From positions 2,402 through 66,401 of the IMG/VR virus record IMGVR_UViG_3300044736_000098: 64,000 bases of DNA, one strand, 5' to 3'. Each line of letters starts with the position of its first letter. The first letter of the stretch is position 1. Below are positions 19,409 through 29,224 of the stretch, piece after piece. A model generated the notes under the pieces. It saw only the letters and a list, made by a program, of their open reading frames with translations. It searched no databases and was not told the DNA's origin. Source of the DNA: a virus. Made by a program: the position numbers and the translations under genes.

Positions 19409-20575
19409 TTATCCGAGCAAGAGGCCGGTGTGGCGGGGAGCGATCATCTTCACGCCCCAAGCCAAGTTGACTTCCCAACGGACCTGACGCTTCTGCTTGT
19501 AGACGCAGAATTCGTAGGCAATTCCGGACACGGGGTCCTGAATCACCATCACGTCGTCGGCATCGTCGCCGCCGTCCGGCATGGCCGGCGCGCGGGTAGC
19601 GAGCTGGATAGCCGAACGATGGAAGAACATATTGCGGGCCGCAGCCGCAACAACGGTGATCGCCTTGGTGGCCGCCGACATGGCGACGCGAAGGCCCGGC
19701 TCCGCGATAACCAGCGTGCCGCCGTTCGACACATCGGTATCGCCGGAAACCACGACGTACTGGTTACTGTCACCCGCGAAGGTAACGACGTCGCCAGGGA
19801 TCAGGGTGCCGGTGCCGGCCGACGCGAGGGTAAACGAGGTGGCGCCGACAGCATAGCCCGCGTTGTCCGTGGTGGCGGACGCCGCAGTACCGACGGTCAC
19901 AGCGCGAGCGACCTTATCGGAGTTGTGGATGCTGAAACCTTCCACTTCGCCGATGATGCCCTTGCGGAGCAGTTCGTCGGTGCCGGATTCGTTGATCCGG
20001 AACAAGCTCGCCTGCTTGCCGCGGATTTTCGCGGTGGCAGCCGAACCGAGCACCATATGCCGATCGCTCGTCGGGGCACCGTTGTCGTCAAGCACCTGGA
20101 GCGAGTTCGCGAAGTCCGACAGATCGGACGCGGTGCCGAACGGGGTAGTTCCCGCCGTACCAACCGCGCGGCTGGCCGAGATATGCAGCGCGGCCAAGTC
20201 GGTTTCTACTTCGTTCGTCAGGGTCCGGAGCGCCTGCGCGATACGGTCACGATTGATCGTGCCGAGCGTGCCGGCGTTGTTGAGGCCCTTGTTTTCCTCG
20301 CCGTTGATACCGAACGGCACAGAACGTGCCTTGGTGATCTGCAGATCGACGTAGAGAATCGTCTGCGCGGGCGGGGAGGCGGCAACGTTGGTCACGGTCA
20401 GGTTTTCGGCGGCCATCGGGCCGACGATGGGCGATCGAACGTTTTCGTTGAGGGCAGCGCGGGCGGCCGACGCATCGCGGGAAACAGCCGGAATGAAGCC
20501 GACCTGTTCGCGGGACACGACGTCTATGGCCGCGTAGATGTCGGGGATCAGGCCGGTAAGAGTCAGAATGGTCAT
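19409..20575 (-). CDS. Major capsid protein (P22 coat-like family)
   Basis: 388 aa after scaffold; DVVSRE.VGFIP start, AWGVK end. Confidence 0.9.
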   Translation of the reverse strand: MTILTLTGLIPDIYAAIDVVSREQVGFIPAVSRDASAARAALNENVRSPIVGPMAAENLTVTNVAASPPAQTILYVDLQITKARSVPFGINGEENKGLNNAGTLGTINRDRIAQALRTLTNEVETDLAALHISASRAVGTAGTTPFGTASDLSDFANSLQVLDDNGAPTSDRHMVLGSAATAKIRGKQASLFRINESGTDELLRKGIIGEVEGFSIHNSDKVARAVTVGTAASATTDNAGYAVGATSFTLASAGTGTLIPGDVVTFAGDSNQYVVVSGDTDVSNGGTLVIAEPGLRVAMSAATKAITVVAAAARNMFFHRSAIQLATRAPAMPDGGDDADDVMVIQDPVSGIAYEFCVYKQKRQVRWEVNLAWGVKMIAPRHTGLLLG

Positions 20576-20623
20576 AGCGTGTAGTGCCTTTCAGTGATGC
20601 GGGGCCGAACGGCTTGCCGCGGG

Positions 20624-21385
20624 TTAGTCGACGACTTTGTGCGTTTTGACAGCCGCCGCTTGCTCCAGAGGACCAAGCTTTGCGAAGTCTGCACGCGTGA
20701 TAGTCTTTGCGCCGGATCCCCCGCCGCCCTTCGGTGGCGTCCCGCCACCAGCACCCGCGCCTTCGAAAAGACTCGGGTATTCTTTGATCGCCTCTTTCAC
20801 GAGATCGTCGTAATTGGCGAGGCCATTGGACAGCGAACCGACCATCGGTTTGCCGTCGGCATCGAGAATGGACGAACTGGCGTTGCCGTTGTCGTCGAAT
20901 TCAATCTTGACGCGATTGCCGATCAGAGTCGGGAGTGCCTTAAGACCTTCCGCCGACGCCTTCGCCTTGGTCAAAGCAGTCGCCAGGCTGGTATTGACCA
21001 CGGCTTGCTCAGCGATCTTGAGCGCCGATAGACGCTGCTTTTCGGCCGTGCTGATCTTGCCGTCATATTCGAGTTTCTGGTCGCCGAGTTTCTTGGCGAG
21101 CACTTCGTCGAACTTGCCGGCCTTGATGGCCAGTTGCTCCGCCTTGGTGCGCTCGGCGGCGAGCATTTCGTCGATTTCTTCCGGCGACTTGCCGAGCCGT
21201 TCCCAGGCGGCAACCTTGTCCTTGGCGGCCTTGTTGAGATTGCGCTCCGAATCGAGGGCGCGTTTCAGTCCGCTTACGTCCTCGACTTCAAAGTCGAGGT
21301 GAAACTTTCCGTCTTTCGGCACATACGCACCGCGCACAGCTTCGGGAACGGATTCGAGGGTATCAACTACTGCAGCCAAGGCCAT
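20624..21385 (-). CDS. Capsid scaffolding protein
   Basis: EDVSGLK.AL..ER coiled coil; P.LF plus Gly-rich tail. Confidence 0.85.
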   Translation of the reverse strand: MALAAVVDTLESVPEAVRGAYVPKDGKFHLDFEVEDVSGLKRALDSERNLNKAAKDKVAAWERLGKSPEEIDEMLAAERTKAEQLAIKAGKFDEVLAKKLGDQKLEYDGKISTAEKQRLSALKIAEQAVVNTSLATALTKAKASAEGLKALPTLIGNRVKIEFDDNGNASSSILDADGKPMVGSLSNGLANYDDLVKEAIKEYPSLFEGAGAGGGTPPKGGGGSGAKTITRADFAKLGPLEQAAAVKTHKVVD

Positions 21386-21452
21386 TTAAGCATCCCGCTT
21401 ATTAGAAACCCGAAATCCCTTCGGGCAGGGTGTTAGTTCTTCCGCTGCGCCG

Positions 21453-21665
21453 TCAGGACTGCGCAGGCTCAATCGGTGGTTCGACGATGACGAGTCGACG
21501 GGTATCGGTGCAATACGTGTTGAAAAGAACGCCGGAATCGACGTCAGTCGTGCCGGTCTCTTTCCAATCGTCGGAAAGCGCCTGTTTCTCAGCGTCCCAA
21601 ACGCGATCCTCGGTAATCACGCGCACCTTGCGGTGGCCGTTGTGGACAAGAACAGTGGTCGTCAT
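21453..21665 (-). CDS. Small hypothetical protein
   Basis: AAGGAG SD; 70 aa. Confidence 0.55.
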   Translation of the reverse strand: MTTTVLVHNGHRKVRVITEDRVWDAEKQALSDDWKETGTTDVDSGVLFNTYCTDTRRLVIVEPPIEPAQS

Positions 21666-21679
21666 TTCGACTCCTTGAG

Positions 21680-22774
21680 TTAGCGTTTACTTGCCTTGGC
21701 CCTTAGAGCCTCAGTCGTGAGCGGTCGTCCGTCTTGCGACAAGAGGTCACGAAAATTGATCTTCCCGGCGCGCCACAAGTCCGCTTTACCAGCGCCAAGC
21801 ACAGCGTCTTGTCGCTCTACGGATTGTTTGCGTAGCCACTGCTCAAAATTCATATCGGCCGGCTTCTGGCCGTCCATGCTGGCGCGCGTGGTGTGTGGAA
21901 TCTCTGCCGCGTCCACGCCTATCTCTTTCCAGCTTTTCAGAACGGGAATGCTCGTGCTGCGGCAGCCCCAATGCAGTTTTCCCGGCCCTTCAAGCCACGG
22001 CGGCCCGCCATCCTTGGAAAAATGCTCGGGCGTATTGCTGTAGAGGTGCTTGTCTCGGGTGATGCACCAAACAGACGTCCGCGTATCGAGCGTGGCGTGC
22101 CACTGCAGCGACGTAATCAGGTCGTCATTCTCATGATACATCTGCTCGCGGCCCGCATTCGCCGCAGCCTGTACCGACGCGCGCACCAGACGCTCCGCGT
22201 CACTTCGCGCAATATCCATAATGCCGCGCTGTCCCGTCTTGCCGCGCACGCGCTCGATTAGCTTCGCGTTGGGTTCGCCAAGCGCCACGCCTTTGCGCAT
22301 TTCATCGGCGAAGCGGTTGGACAGCCCCGCCGCTTGGCGACCCCACCAATCTGCAGAAGCGGCACCCTGGATAAAGACGTTGCTGACTAAGTTCTGCAGA
22401 GCGGAGCGGGTCAAGCCCGCGTCAACAAAATTCGCTTGTGTCGCCGTGTTCATGGCGTCGCCGGTCCACGTCGATTCCTGATCAACGATTTCCCGAATCT
22501 CACGCGCCATCAACGTCGATACGTCGCGATATCCGCCTTTGATCGCGCTACGCACTTCCGTCAGAAGCTTGTCGAGGCGCTTGCGCTGTGCGATTGCTTG
22601 TGTGACACCAGTCGGGTCCACCTTCGCCAACTGGCCGACCAATTCGCTTTCCAATTCGCGCAGAAACACAAGCACCTTGTCCCGCGTGCCCGCCTCCAGC
22701 CGCAGCAAGTCGACTGCCCGTTCCGTGAACAAGTCGACTAGCGCGTCGTTGGTGGAAAGCGTTGCGGTGGTCAA
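21680..22774 (-). CDS. Minor head protein (MuF/SPP1 gp7 family)
   Basis: W.ATLD.RTS..C...D, P..HWGCRST. Confidence 0.9.
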   Translation of the reverse strand: MTTATLSTNDALVDLFTERAVDLLRLEAGTRDKVLVFLRELESELVGQLAKVDPTGVTQAIAQRKRLDKLLTEVRSAIKGGYRDVSTLMAREIREIVDQESTWTGDAMNTATQANFVDAGLTRSALQNLVSNVFIQGAASADWWGRQAAGLSNRFADEMRKGVALGEPNAKLIERVRGKTGQRGIMDIARSDAERLVRASVQAAANAGREQMYHENDDLITSLQWHATLDTRTSVWCITRDKHLYSNTPEHFSKDGGPPWLEGPGKLHWGCRSTSIPVLKSWKEIGVDAAEIPHTTRASMDGQKPADMNFEQWLRKQSVERQDAVLGAGKADLWRAGKINFRDLLSQDGRPLTTEALRAKASKR

Positions 22775-23382
22775 TGGACCAACTCCGCTTTGATTCGGCG
22801 AAACCCGGATGCGGTTTTAGTGAAACTTGTCACCTTGAATTTATGTCCGCGACCAAAAAGAAGTTCTGCTTCGCCCTTGTCAGCAATTGCCAGCGCGTGT
22901 GTTCCGGCAGGAACGGATATTTCAATCATGTGTTTGGAGAATTTTGTCGCTGATTGCTTGCTTGCGGATGTCGAAACAAATGCTTTATCGACGAACGATG
23001 CCGACTTAGAGTTAGCCCAAGACTCTTCAAGTTTCTCGCTGAGCGAGCGCCCCACGCCGCGATAAACCACAACCGGCCTCGACAACGGCGATTTATTAAT
23101 TGCGTTATCAAGATGCGTCACGAGTTGCGACATTCGACTTGATTTTCGCAAACCCGAATTGATGGTGTGAAATTGCTCGCCAATATATTTTTCAACAGCA
23201 ACCGCTTCTTCTGTTGTCAACGAATTAGTTCCGAGTGATTCTTGTCCAAGCATTTTCAGCGCGTCTTTTGTCTGTTGATACGACTCTTGCGTTAGTGGTC
23301 CGCCGATGGCCGCCGCAACCGCACCAATACCGCCGCGAGTCCATTTTCCGTCTTTGTCGCGTAGTTCGGATGCAGCAAACAT
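22771..23382 (-). CDS. ADP-ribosyltransferase (VIP2/Alt-like, R-S-E clade)
   Basis: Y...F..IN.GLR, VYRG, FVSTS, EAELL; N-terminal RDKDGKWT. Confidence 0.85.
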   Translation of the reverse strand: MFAASELRDKDGKWTRGGIGAVAAAIGGPLTQESYQQTKDALKMLGQESLGTNSLTTEEAVAVEKYIGEQFHTINSGLRKSSRMSQLVTHLDNAINKSPLSRPVVVYRGVGRSLSEKLEESWANSKSASFVDKAFVSTSASKQSATKFSKHMIEISVPAGTHALAIADKGEAELLFGRGHKFKVTSFTKTASGFRRIKAELVH

Positions 23383-23384
23383 CG

Positions 23385-24875
23385 TTAGTCGGTAACCTGC
23401 ACATCATCAGCATTCCACGCGAATCTCGTGGGTGTTCCGCTACCCGGCGCGTTAAAGTCCATACCTTGACCGGGAGGCGCTGCAAGCGTCGGCGCTTCGT
23501 CGGCAAGCCGCTGCGCTTCTCTTTCCGGATCGAAAGCCGGCCCGAGGTAGTCGCGCCGCTGCATCTCATCCCACAGCGTTTCGCGCGAAAGATCACCTTG
23601 TGCGCGTGTTGCATTGAGTTGCTGCAGATCGCCGCGCATTGATGCGACGCCGAAGTCTTTGTTCACTTCGATTTCGCCGCCCTTGTCCGCGCCGAGTCCG
23701 ATGTACTCGCCCATATACCCGAACGCGCATTCGATTGCGTCCTCAAGGGCACGCGCCATCATGGCAAGCGGGGAGTTCTCTTTCGAGTCGTCGCGAATTT
23801 CTCCAGTGGCGGACTGCGCGCCAGATTTTTTACTCGTGAGCAAATGGAGGCCCATAGCTTCCATTTGCCGCTCAAGATTTTCTAAATCCTTGTCACCAGA
23901 GTCGATCGCGTGGCCCGTGTGCTCGACGTAGGTAAGCTTGGCGTTAGGATTGGTGGTTTGAACAGCTTCGGAAGCGCCGATATTCCATTTGGCGCCCTCA
24001 TCAAATCCTGCAGCAAATAGAACCGGCACGCGCGCAACGTGGAGAATGTTGCGCTGGTCGCTCTGCGACTGCCAATGCGCGACGTTGGTATCCGCAAGTT
24101 TTTCAAGCGGCGGTGAAAACGTCATGAAGCCGGTGCGGTTCGCGTAGAACGGCACGAGCGTGATTTTAGTCAGGCTGTTCGTGCCGTTTGCGTGCGGAAT
24201 CCACTCGTCTCGCTGATCGCCGCTTGCCGACTTCCGGAAAGTTTGCCAAGTGCCGGGTTCGATTACCCGAATCTGCGCGATTTCTTTTTCAAGGTACGGG
24301 CCATCTTCTTCGGTCACGCATTCCGAAATGCGAACCTGAGTCAGCGTCTCAGCGCCATCAACAGTTGTCGATTTCCAACCGATAAGATTTTCGACAGGAA
24401 TATGTTTGAGGTACGGCCGCCACTTCGTCGCAATATAGTCGGCCTTGGTGGCCGGCTGCTTGTCGGCGCGTTGGGGCGGCGGCGGAGCGTCAACCAGAAT
24501 ATAACCGCCGCCGACTTGCAAACCGTCATAAAGCAAGTCACGGGCAAAGAGATTCAGATGGCGGCCGGTTAGGTCAATATCTTCCGCGAAGTCCTGCAAC
24601 ACTTGCGGCACGTTGTCCGCAAGTTGGATTTCTTTTTGGAAAACCTTGCCGGTCATGTCCTCGACGGTTTTGCCGAACGCATTGAACAGCGTGGACCGCG
24701 CCTTGCGATTGTCGTATGCTGCTTGGGTCTCTGCCGGCTCTTTCGGCAGGTACAACGTGCCGGCCTCGCGCATTGCTTTCGTCCCGCCCATAAGCGTGCG
24801 GGGTAGCTTTGCTGCCGCAATCATCGCGCCTTGCGTCTTGGAAACCGTCGCTACTGATTTGTTCGCGTCGGTCAT
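23385..24875 (-). CDS. Portal protein (DUF4055 family)
   Basis: MREAG..YLP.EP.E....Y..R; follows TerL. Confidence 0.9.
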   Translation of the reverse strand: MTDANKSVATVSKTQGAMIAAAKLPRTLMGGTKAMREAGTLYLPKEPAETQAAYDNRKARSTLFNAFGKTVEDMTGKVFQKEIQLADNVPQVLQDFAEDIDLTGRHLNLFARDLLYDGLQVGGGYILVDAPPPPQRADKQPATKADYIATKWRPYLKHIPVENLIGWKSTTVDGAETLTQVRISECVTEEDGPYLEKEIAQIRVIEPGTWQTFRKSASGDQRDEWIPHANGTNSLTKITLVPFYANRTGFMTFSPPLEKLADTNVAHWQSQSDQRNILHVARVPVLFAAGFDEGAKWNIGASEAVQTTNPNAKLTYVEHTGHAIDSGDKDLENLERQMEAMGLHLLTSKKSGAQSATGEIRDDSKENSPLAMMARALEDAIECAFGYMGEYIGLGADKGGEIEVNKDFGVASMRGDLQQLNATRAQGDLSRETLWDEMQRRDYLGPAFDPEREAQRLADEAPTLAAPPGQGMDFNAPGSGTPTRFAWNADDVQVTD

Positions 24876-26158
24876 ATAAGAAGCTCCCGCCGTGTCATCG
24901 TGTTCGCACGCCGCACGTTCTCCACGGCGTAGCGCGCCGAATCGATCGTGTGGTTTTTCTTGTCATCAAGGACGTTGGTTATTTCGTCCGTGTGCGGGTC
25001 AATCTTGAACGAGTAGTGTTCGAATTCCTGCGCGACGTGCTTGCAATCCGGATGGATCACAATGTCGTACTGCTTAAGGAATTCAACGCCTTCCTCGATT
25101 GATCCCGGCCCTTTGAGCGCCGCCTGCATGCGCGAATAGCCGTTGCGCTGCATGTAGGAAATGGTCTCGGGCCTGGCGCTGTCCGAAATGAACGGCACGC
25201 GCTGCCCAAGGGATTGCCAGTTCGGTTCCGCGCGGCGCCGTCCCGCGGTCCACGTCGGGTCGAGCTGGTCGAACAGCGCAGGCGTGCGGTCAATTTCGCA
25301 ACCGATCGCCCAAACTTCGCGCCAGAAGTACAGCGTGCGGCCGACAATGAAACAGATCAGGCCGACAGTCGGATCTTGGGAGAAGCCCCAATCCGCGCCG
25401 CCGTAGAGAATGGTTCCGGTCGGCGGCGGTTCGAAGTGTTCAACGCGCCAGTTCTTAAAGACGCGCGCTTGGCTGTTTTTTTCGTACTCGCCGCCCCACA
25501 CGTGCGCGTACATGTCGCGATCACGGCGGAAGTCGTAGTCCTTGTCCGCCGGCAGCTCGGTTTCGTGAAACCAAGGATTATGCTGCCAGTTCGCCTCAAC
25601 GATGCGCAGGCGAGGTGGGGCTTCCCACTTTTCACCGTCTTTACGCGGACCATTGCCGCGCAGAAAGTCGTCAACCGGATCAGTCGGATTTTTTGGGTTC
25701 CACGAAAACCACAATTCCGAACCTGGTTTTCGCAAGGTAGGTCGAAGGAGTCTAAGGGAGGTTTGCGAAAGCGTCTGCGCTTCCTCTACCCACGCAACGT
25801 CGTAGCCTTCAAGCGACTTGATGCTGTCCGCGGTATGATTCTGCATACCCTGGAAAATGATAAGGCCGCCACCGGGCGTCTTGATTTCCGCCTTTTGAAC
25901 GTCGAACAAGTGTCCAACGCCCAAGGATAAAATCTTACCCTCGATGGTCCGCTTCGCCGACTGCGCAAGTGATTTTTGCACTTCGCGAATACAAACCGCG
26001 TGGGTCGCGCGCTGGCGAACGCACTTGCGTACCAACTTCTCCGCGAAATAATGCGACTTCGCCGACCCGCGTCCGCCATGCGCGCCGATATAGCGGCCTG
26101 TCTGCTCCAGGGGCAGAAAGACACGGGCTAGGCTGGTATCGATAGTGCGCCCCATCAA
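24872..26158 (-). CDS. Terminase large subunit (PBSX family)
   Basis: Walker A GGRGSAKS, WVEEA, WNP, DWGF..DP, NH.IDS.RY. Confidence 0.95.
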   Translation of the reverse strand: MMGRTIDTSLARVFLPLEQTGRYIGAHGGRGSAKSHYFAEKLVRKCVRQRATHAVCIREVQKSLAQSAKRTIEGKILSLGVGHLFDVQKAEIKTPGGGLIIFQGMQNHTADSIKSLEGYDVAWVEEAQTLSQTSLRLLRPTLRKPGSELWFSWNPKNPTDPVDDFLRGNGPRKDGEKWEAPPRLRIVEANWQHNPWFHETELPADKDYDFRRDRDMYAHVWGGEYEKNSQARVFKNWRVEHFEPPPTGTILYGGADWGFSQDPTVGLICFIVGRTLYFWREVWAIGCEIDRTPALFDQLDPTWTAGRRRAEPNWQSLGQRVPFISDSARPETISYMQRNGYSRMQAALKGPGSIEEGVEFLKQYDIVIHPDCKHVAQEFEHYSFKIDPHTDEITNVLDDKKNHTIDSARYAVENVRRANTMTRRELLI

Positions 26159-26613
26159 GCGTGCGCCACGAGCGGGTCAATAATCGTGACCCGGATTTCG
26201 TCGATCTGCTCGGCGGGCGGCGCGTCTTGCTTGCCAGCCTTACCCGGCTTGCCGCCCACCACGCCCAGTTCTTCGGCGATCTGGCGAAACACGGCGCGCG
26301 CTTCGGCCGGCTGGTTATTGTTTTCGTATCGTTCGGCCTGGCGGCTCAGCACGATCAAACGGGCGCGCTGTTCTGCAAACGGCGCCGCTGTGGGATCAAG
26401 CAGGATGCGTTCCCTCTCGCCCTGGAAAAGCGAATAAAGATCCGGCGCAATGACGGCCAAGCGCGGGTCGGTCGCGCGCACGTCATCTTCGTGGCATGCC
26501 GTATCCCGGAAACGCGCCGCGAACGCGATCGCGATATCCTTGGGCGTCTCGAAAGCCGCCAGCCGGCGCACGATGAATTCTTTCTGCTCTTGAGTGTGCG
26601 CGTTACGTGCCAT
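26155..26613 (-). CDS. Terminase small subunit (DUF2280-like)
   Basis: K.FIV..LA.F.TP...A and QIAEE.G; directly upstream of TerL. Confidence 0.8.
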   Translation of the reverse strand: MARNAHTQEQKEFIVRRLAAFETPKDIAIAFAARFRDTACHEDDVRATDPRLAVIAPDLYSLFQGERERILLDPTAAPFAEQRARLIVLSRQAERYENNNQPAEARAVFRQIAEELGVVGGKPGKAGKQDAPPAEQIDEIRVTIIDPLVAHA

Positions 26614-26998
26614 AAGACTACAGGGCGTCCCGCCCCGCCCTTCCGCGCTCCGCAAGCAGCCTCGTTAGATTGGAAAACGCGGCGTCCGGGGCACGGTCCC
26701 GAAGTGAGCCGCCCGAATGCTTTTGCAAGCCGGGCCGCGCGCGTATCCGGAGCACCTGCAAAGGTGACAGGCAGCACACGGGCTTACTGGCCAGCGCCCG
26801 CTCCGAATCAATAGCCCGCCGGGGACCGATCTGGCCAAGTCCGGCGGGTGTTAAATGATTGCCCCGGTTTTGTCCCGTCCTGCGCGGCGATCAACCCGCG
26901 TGGTGTCGGTTTTGTCCGTGGCTCGGAGCAACGGAGATACCGCCTCCAAATGCCGGTAGCGTGCGGTTCATGACACCGCAGAGGCGTTCCGACGTACC

Positions 26999-27075
26999 TG
27001 GTAGCAGGGACCGGATTCGAACCGGCGACCTCGTGGTTATGAGCCACGCGAGCTAGGCCACTGCTCCACCCTGCA
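26999..27075 (-). tRNA. tRNA-fMet (initiator, CAT), CCA encoded
   Basis: TGCAGGG TG GAGC AGTGGCCTA GCTC G CGTGG CTCATAA CCACG AGGTC GCCGG TTCGAAT CCGGT CCCTGCT ACCA; 1:72 mismatch and A11:U24 are initiator features. Confidence 0.92.
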
Positions 27076-27275
27076 AACTTGTCGTCCGGCGCCGCTGCTA
27101 CTAGCGCAGCGCCCTATGTGACTTACTTGGCGGCGTGGCTGTCAGGCGGCGCCGGACGATTTGAAAAATAACCCCGCTGAGGCGCTTCAATGAGAGGCGT
27201 GCGGGGTGTTGTTTTATGCGGAAAGTCAGCGAACGGTTACATGGTGTGATCCTGAGACTTTCTCACGGCTCGCAG

Positions 27276-27304
27276 AATGTATCATTCGCTGCCCCGTTTG
27301 TCAA
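27276..27304 (-). promoter_or_regulatory. Probable late promoter
   Basis: TTGACA-N17-TACATT upstream of tRNA and terminase. Confidence 0.6.
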
Positions 27305-27333
27305 CAGTCGACAAAATCGCCGGAAGTTGACAG

Positions 27334-27738
27334 TTAGGCGGGCGTCCGGAGTTCGAGCGCGTACCGCATACCCTCGCGAATCGTCTCGACCTTTTCCAAG
27401 TCGACCGTCTTAGCGCCGGCTTCGCGCTGATCCGCCAGCCACAGGCCGATCAGAAATTCCTCGTCGAAACCGTTGACCGCTTCCGGGTCGACTGGTTCGG
27501 ACTCGACCTTGGGTGCATCCGCCAGGTATTCTTCCGGCGGCGGCAGAAACACGCATTCCGTGCCTTTGATCGTGGCCAGGGCGAGAATCATGCCGTTGGC
27601 GTAACCGTACATATACGGATTCACGTTGAAGTTGCCGGGGGTCGATTGAATCGCCACCATATTTTCCAAGTCCGTGATCGCCTTGGTGGCTCGCTGTGTC
27701 TCTGCCGAAGTATGATACGGCTGTCTCTTGGTGCTCAC
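27334..27738 (-). CDS. Hypothetical protein
   Basis: GTG start after GAAGGA; GN...N.YM.G.ANG.ILA. Confidence 0.6.
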   Translation of the reverse strand: MSTKRQPYHTSAETQRATKAITDLENMVAIQSTPGNFNVNPYMYGYANGMILALATIKGTECVFLPPPEEYLADAPKVESEPVDPEAVNGFDEEFLIGLWLADQREAGAKTVDLEKVETIREGMRYALELRTPA

Positions 27739-28229
27739 TTCGTTTCCTTCCGTGGGTTGAATTGCCAGTCTCTCCGCATCCCCCTGGGCACGTTGCCCCG
27801 CAGAGCTGCGAAATGTTTCAGCGCCGTGGCCAGGTGCTCCCGCGCCGTGCCCTTGCGCCACCGATTCGACGCGTCAATGTCCATGAGCGACGTTTCCGCG
27901 TAGAGTACCGCGTCAGCCACCCGCAAATAAATCGTATCGCGTAAGTCCGATCGCCACTGCCTCTGCACCGTGGTCAACGTGACCCGCGTAGCCGCATGAT
28001 CGTCCGCAGCGTCGGCGCGGAGCGCAAGGGGGATATCTAGATCCGGGTCGCGCACGACGGGTTGGCCTGCGGCCATCTTGAACGCGGCAAGAATTTCGTC
28101 CGCCGCCTGGTACTCGAACATATCCATGTATGGGCGAAGGCGCGCGAGCGGCGCCGTGGACATGCGCGATCCGGCGCGAACTACTGTGCGAATCTTATTG
28201 GAGCGGGGAGGGGAGGGACGGCGTTTCAC
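27735..28229 (-). CDS. Putative late-gene regulator (C-terminal HTH-like)
   Basis: Position before late promoter; SL.DI......R.G.A...L..AL. Confidence 0.5.
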   Translation of the reverse strand: MKRRPSPPRSNKIRTVVRAGSRMSTAPLARLRPYMDMFEYQAADEILAAFKMAAGQPVVRDPDLDIPLALRADAADDHAATRVTLTTVQRQWRSDLRDTIYLRVADAVLYAETSLMDIDASNRWRKGTAREHLATALKHFAALRGNVPRGMRRDWQFNPRKETK

Positions 28230-28718
28230 AGTCTTTTGCAGCCCGGTCCACGAGGACAGCGCGCGTTGCGCCAGTCACACTTACAGGGCGGCGCCCCGCG
28301 CCACGCGTCTCGGAGGGACTCGCCCAAGTCCCCATCAACTGCGCAACGGTATGCGTTGGCGTCCCGGCATAGACGCCCGCCGTGGTCACGTCGAAGGCAT
28401 GTGCCTTTTCGCGCAGTTCCGCCGCGCGCTCGTGGCCGCTGTCCGCCAATGCGTGCATTTGAATCGAAAGCGTAATGAATACGCAACCCGAGCACGTACA
28501 ATTCGAAATCGTGCGTTCCCTGCGTGTGGTCCCACTTGAACCACTGCGGCGAGAAGCCGACCGACAGTTTGTTGGAAAAACTTCTGCCGTCTCCGACGAA
28601 CGAGTCGGGGAACGTGGTTTCCCAACAAACGCGAAAAAGACAATAGCTGTACCATGCGCGGCGATACCGACGGCTCGGTGTGCGCCAGCGGAAATTAGCG
28701 CCCGCGCGCCGTGTTGCT

Positions 28719-28985
28719 TCAAGCGCCATGGAGAAACTCCGCACGCCGTGCCGCCACGGACTTAGCCGGTTTGCTCCCGTAATCAATGCCAACGTAGCGC
28801 GGCCCCTTAGGAGGCAACCCGTCGACCAAATTGCTACGCACGCCCCATCCCAACCCGGCGTCCAGCTCGTAGCGCTCCGCCTTCGCTTTGCCTTTCCAGA
28901 ACGCGTTGATGTGGTCGGCGAGCAGCCCGGCGCCGTACTTGGAGAAAAAATCAGTTTTGGGCGGGAAGGGGGACTTTTTCATCAT
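28719..28985 (-). CDS. Hypothetical protein
   Basis: LA..I.AFW and VRSNLV.GLP; overlapping-operon arrangement. Confidence 0.6.
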   Translation of the reverse strand: MMKKSPFPPKTDFFSKYGAGLLADHINAFWKGKAKAERYELDAGLGWGVRSNLVDGLPPKGPRYVGIDYGSKPAKSVAARRAEFLHGA

Positions 28986-29224
28986 GCCACCACTCGCTGC
29001 GTGGTGGTGACTTCAACAAGGACGCCACCCCACGCGTACCAGCGCGTTTCTTCGCCGTAGATAGTGGAAACCGTTGTTTTTATGTCAGCCCCACCGTTCC
29101 AGAGCATTGCGTCGAGCAGTAGTTGCTCAAGAGTCGACTTGCCTACGCCTTGTGAACCTTCAATGGTCACACGAATGATGCGGGGTTGCGGCGGGTGGTA
29201 CTGTACGGGTTTCACTTGCTGCAT
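28982..29224 (-). CDS. Hypothetical protein with P-loop-like GSQGVGKST
   Basis: First gene after repeated promoter; AAGGA SD. Confidence 0.55.
   Translation of the reverse strand: MQQVKPVQYHPPQPRIIRVTIEGSQGVGKSTLEQLLLDAMLWNGGADIKTTVSTIYGEETRWYAWGGVLVEVTTTQRVVA

Noticed and set aside
19349-20584. Long plus-strand ORF (411 aa) and similar antisense ORFs across the window
   Set aside because: Shadow frames of GC-rich genes on the opposite strand
26941-26998. Canonical theta/HDV ribozyme call
   Set aside because: L3 and J4/2 consensus and 3-bp P3 not met; kept only as a speculative finding
28982-29224. Functional NTPase or kinase
   Set aside because: Walker A-like string present but the ORF is only 80 aa with no other motifs
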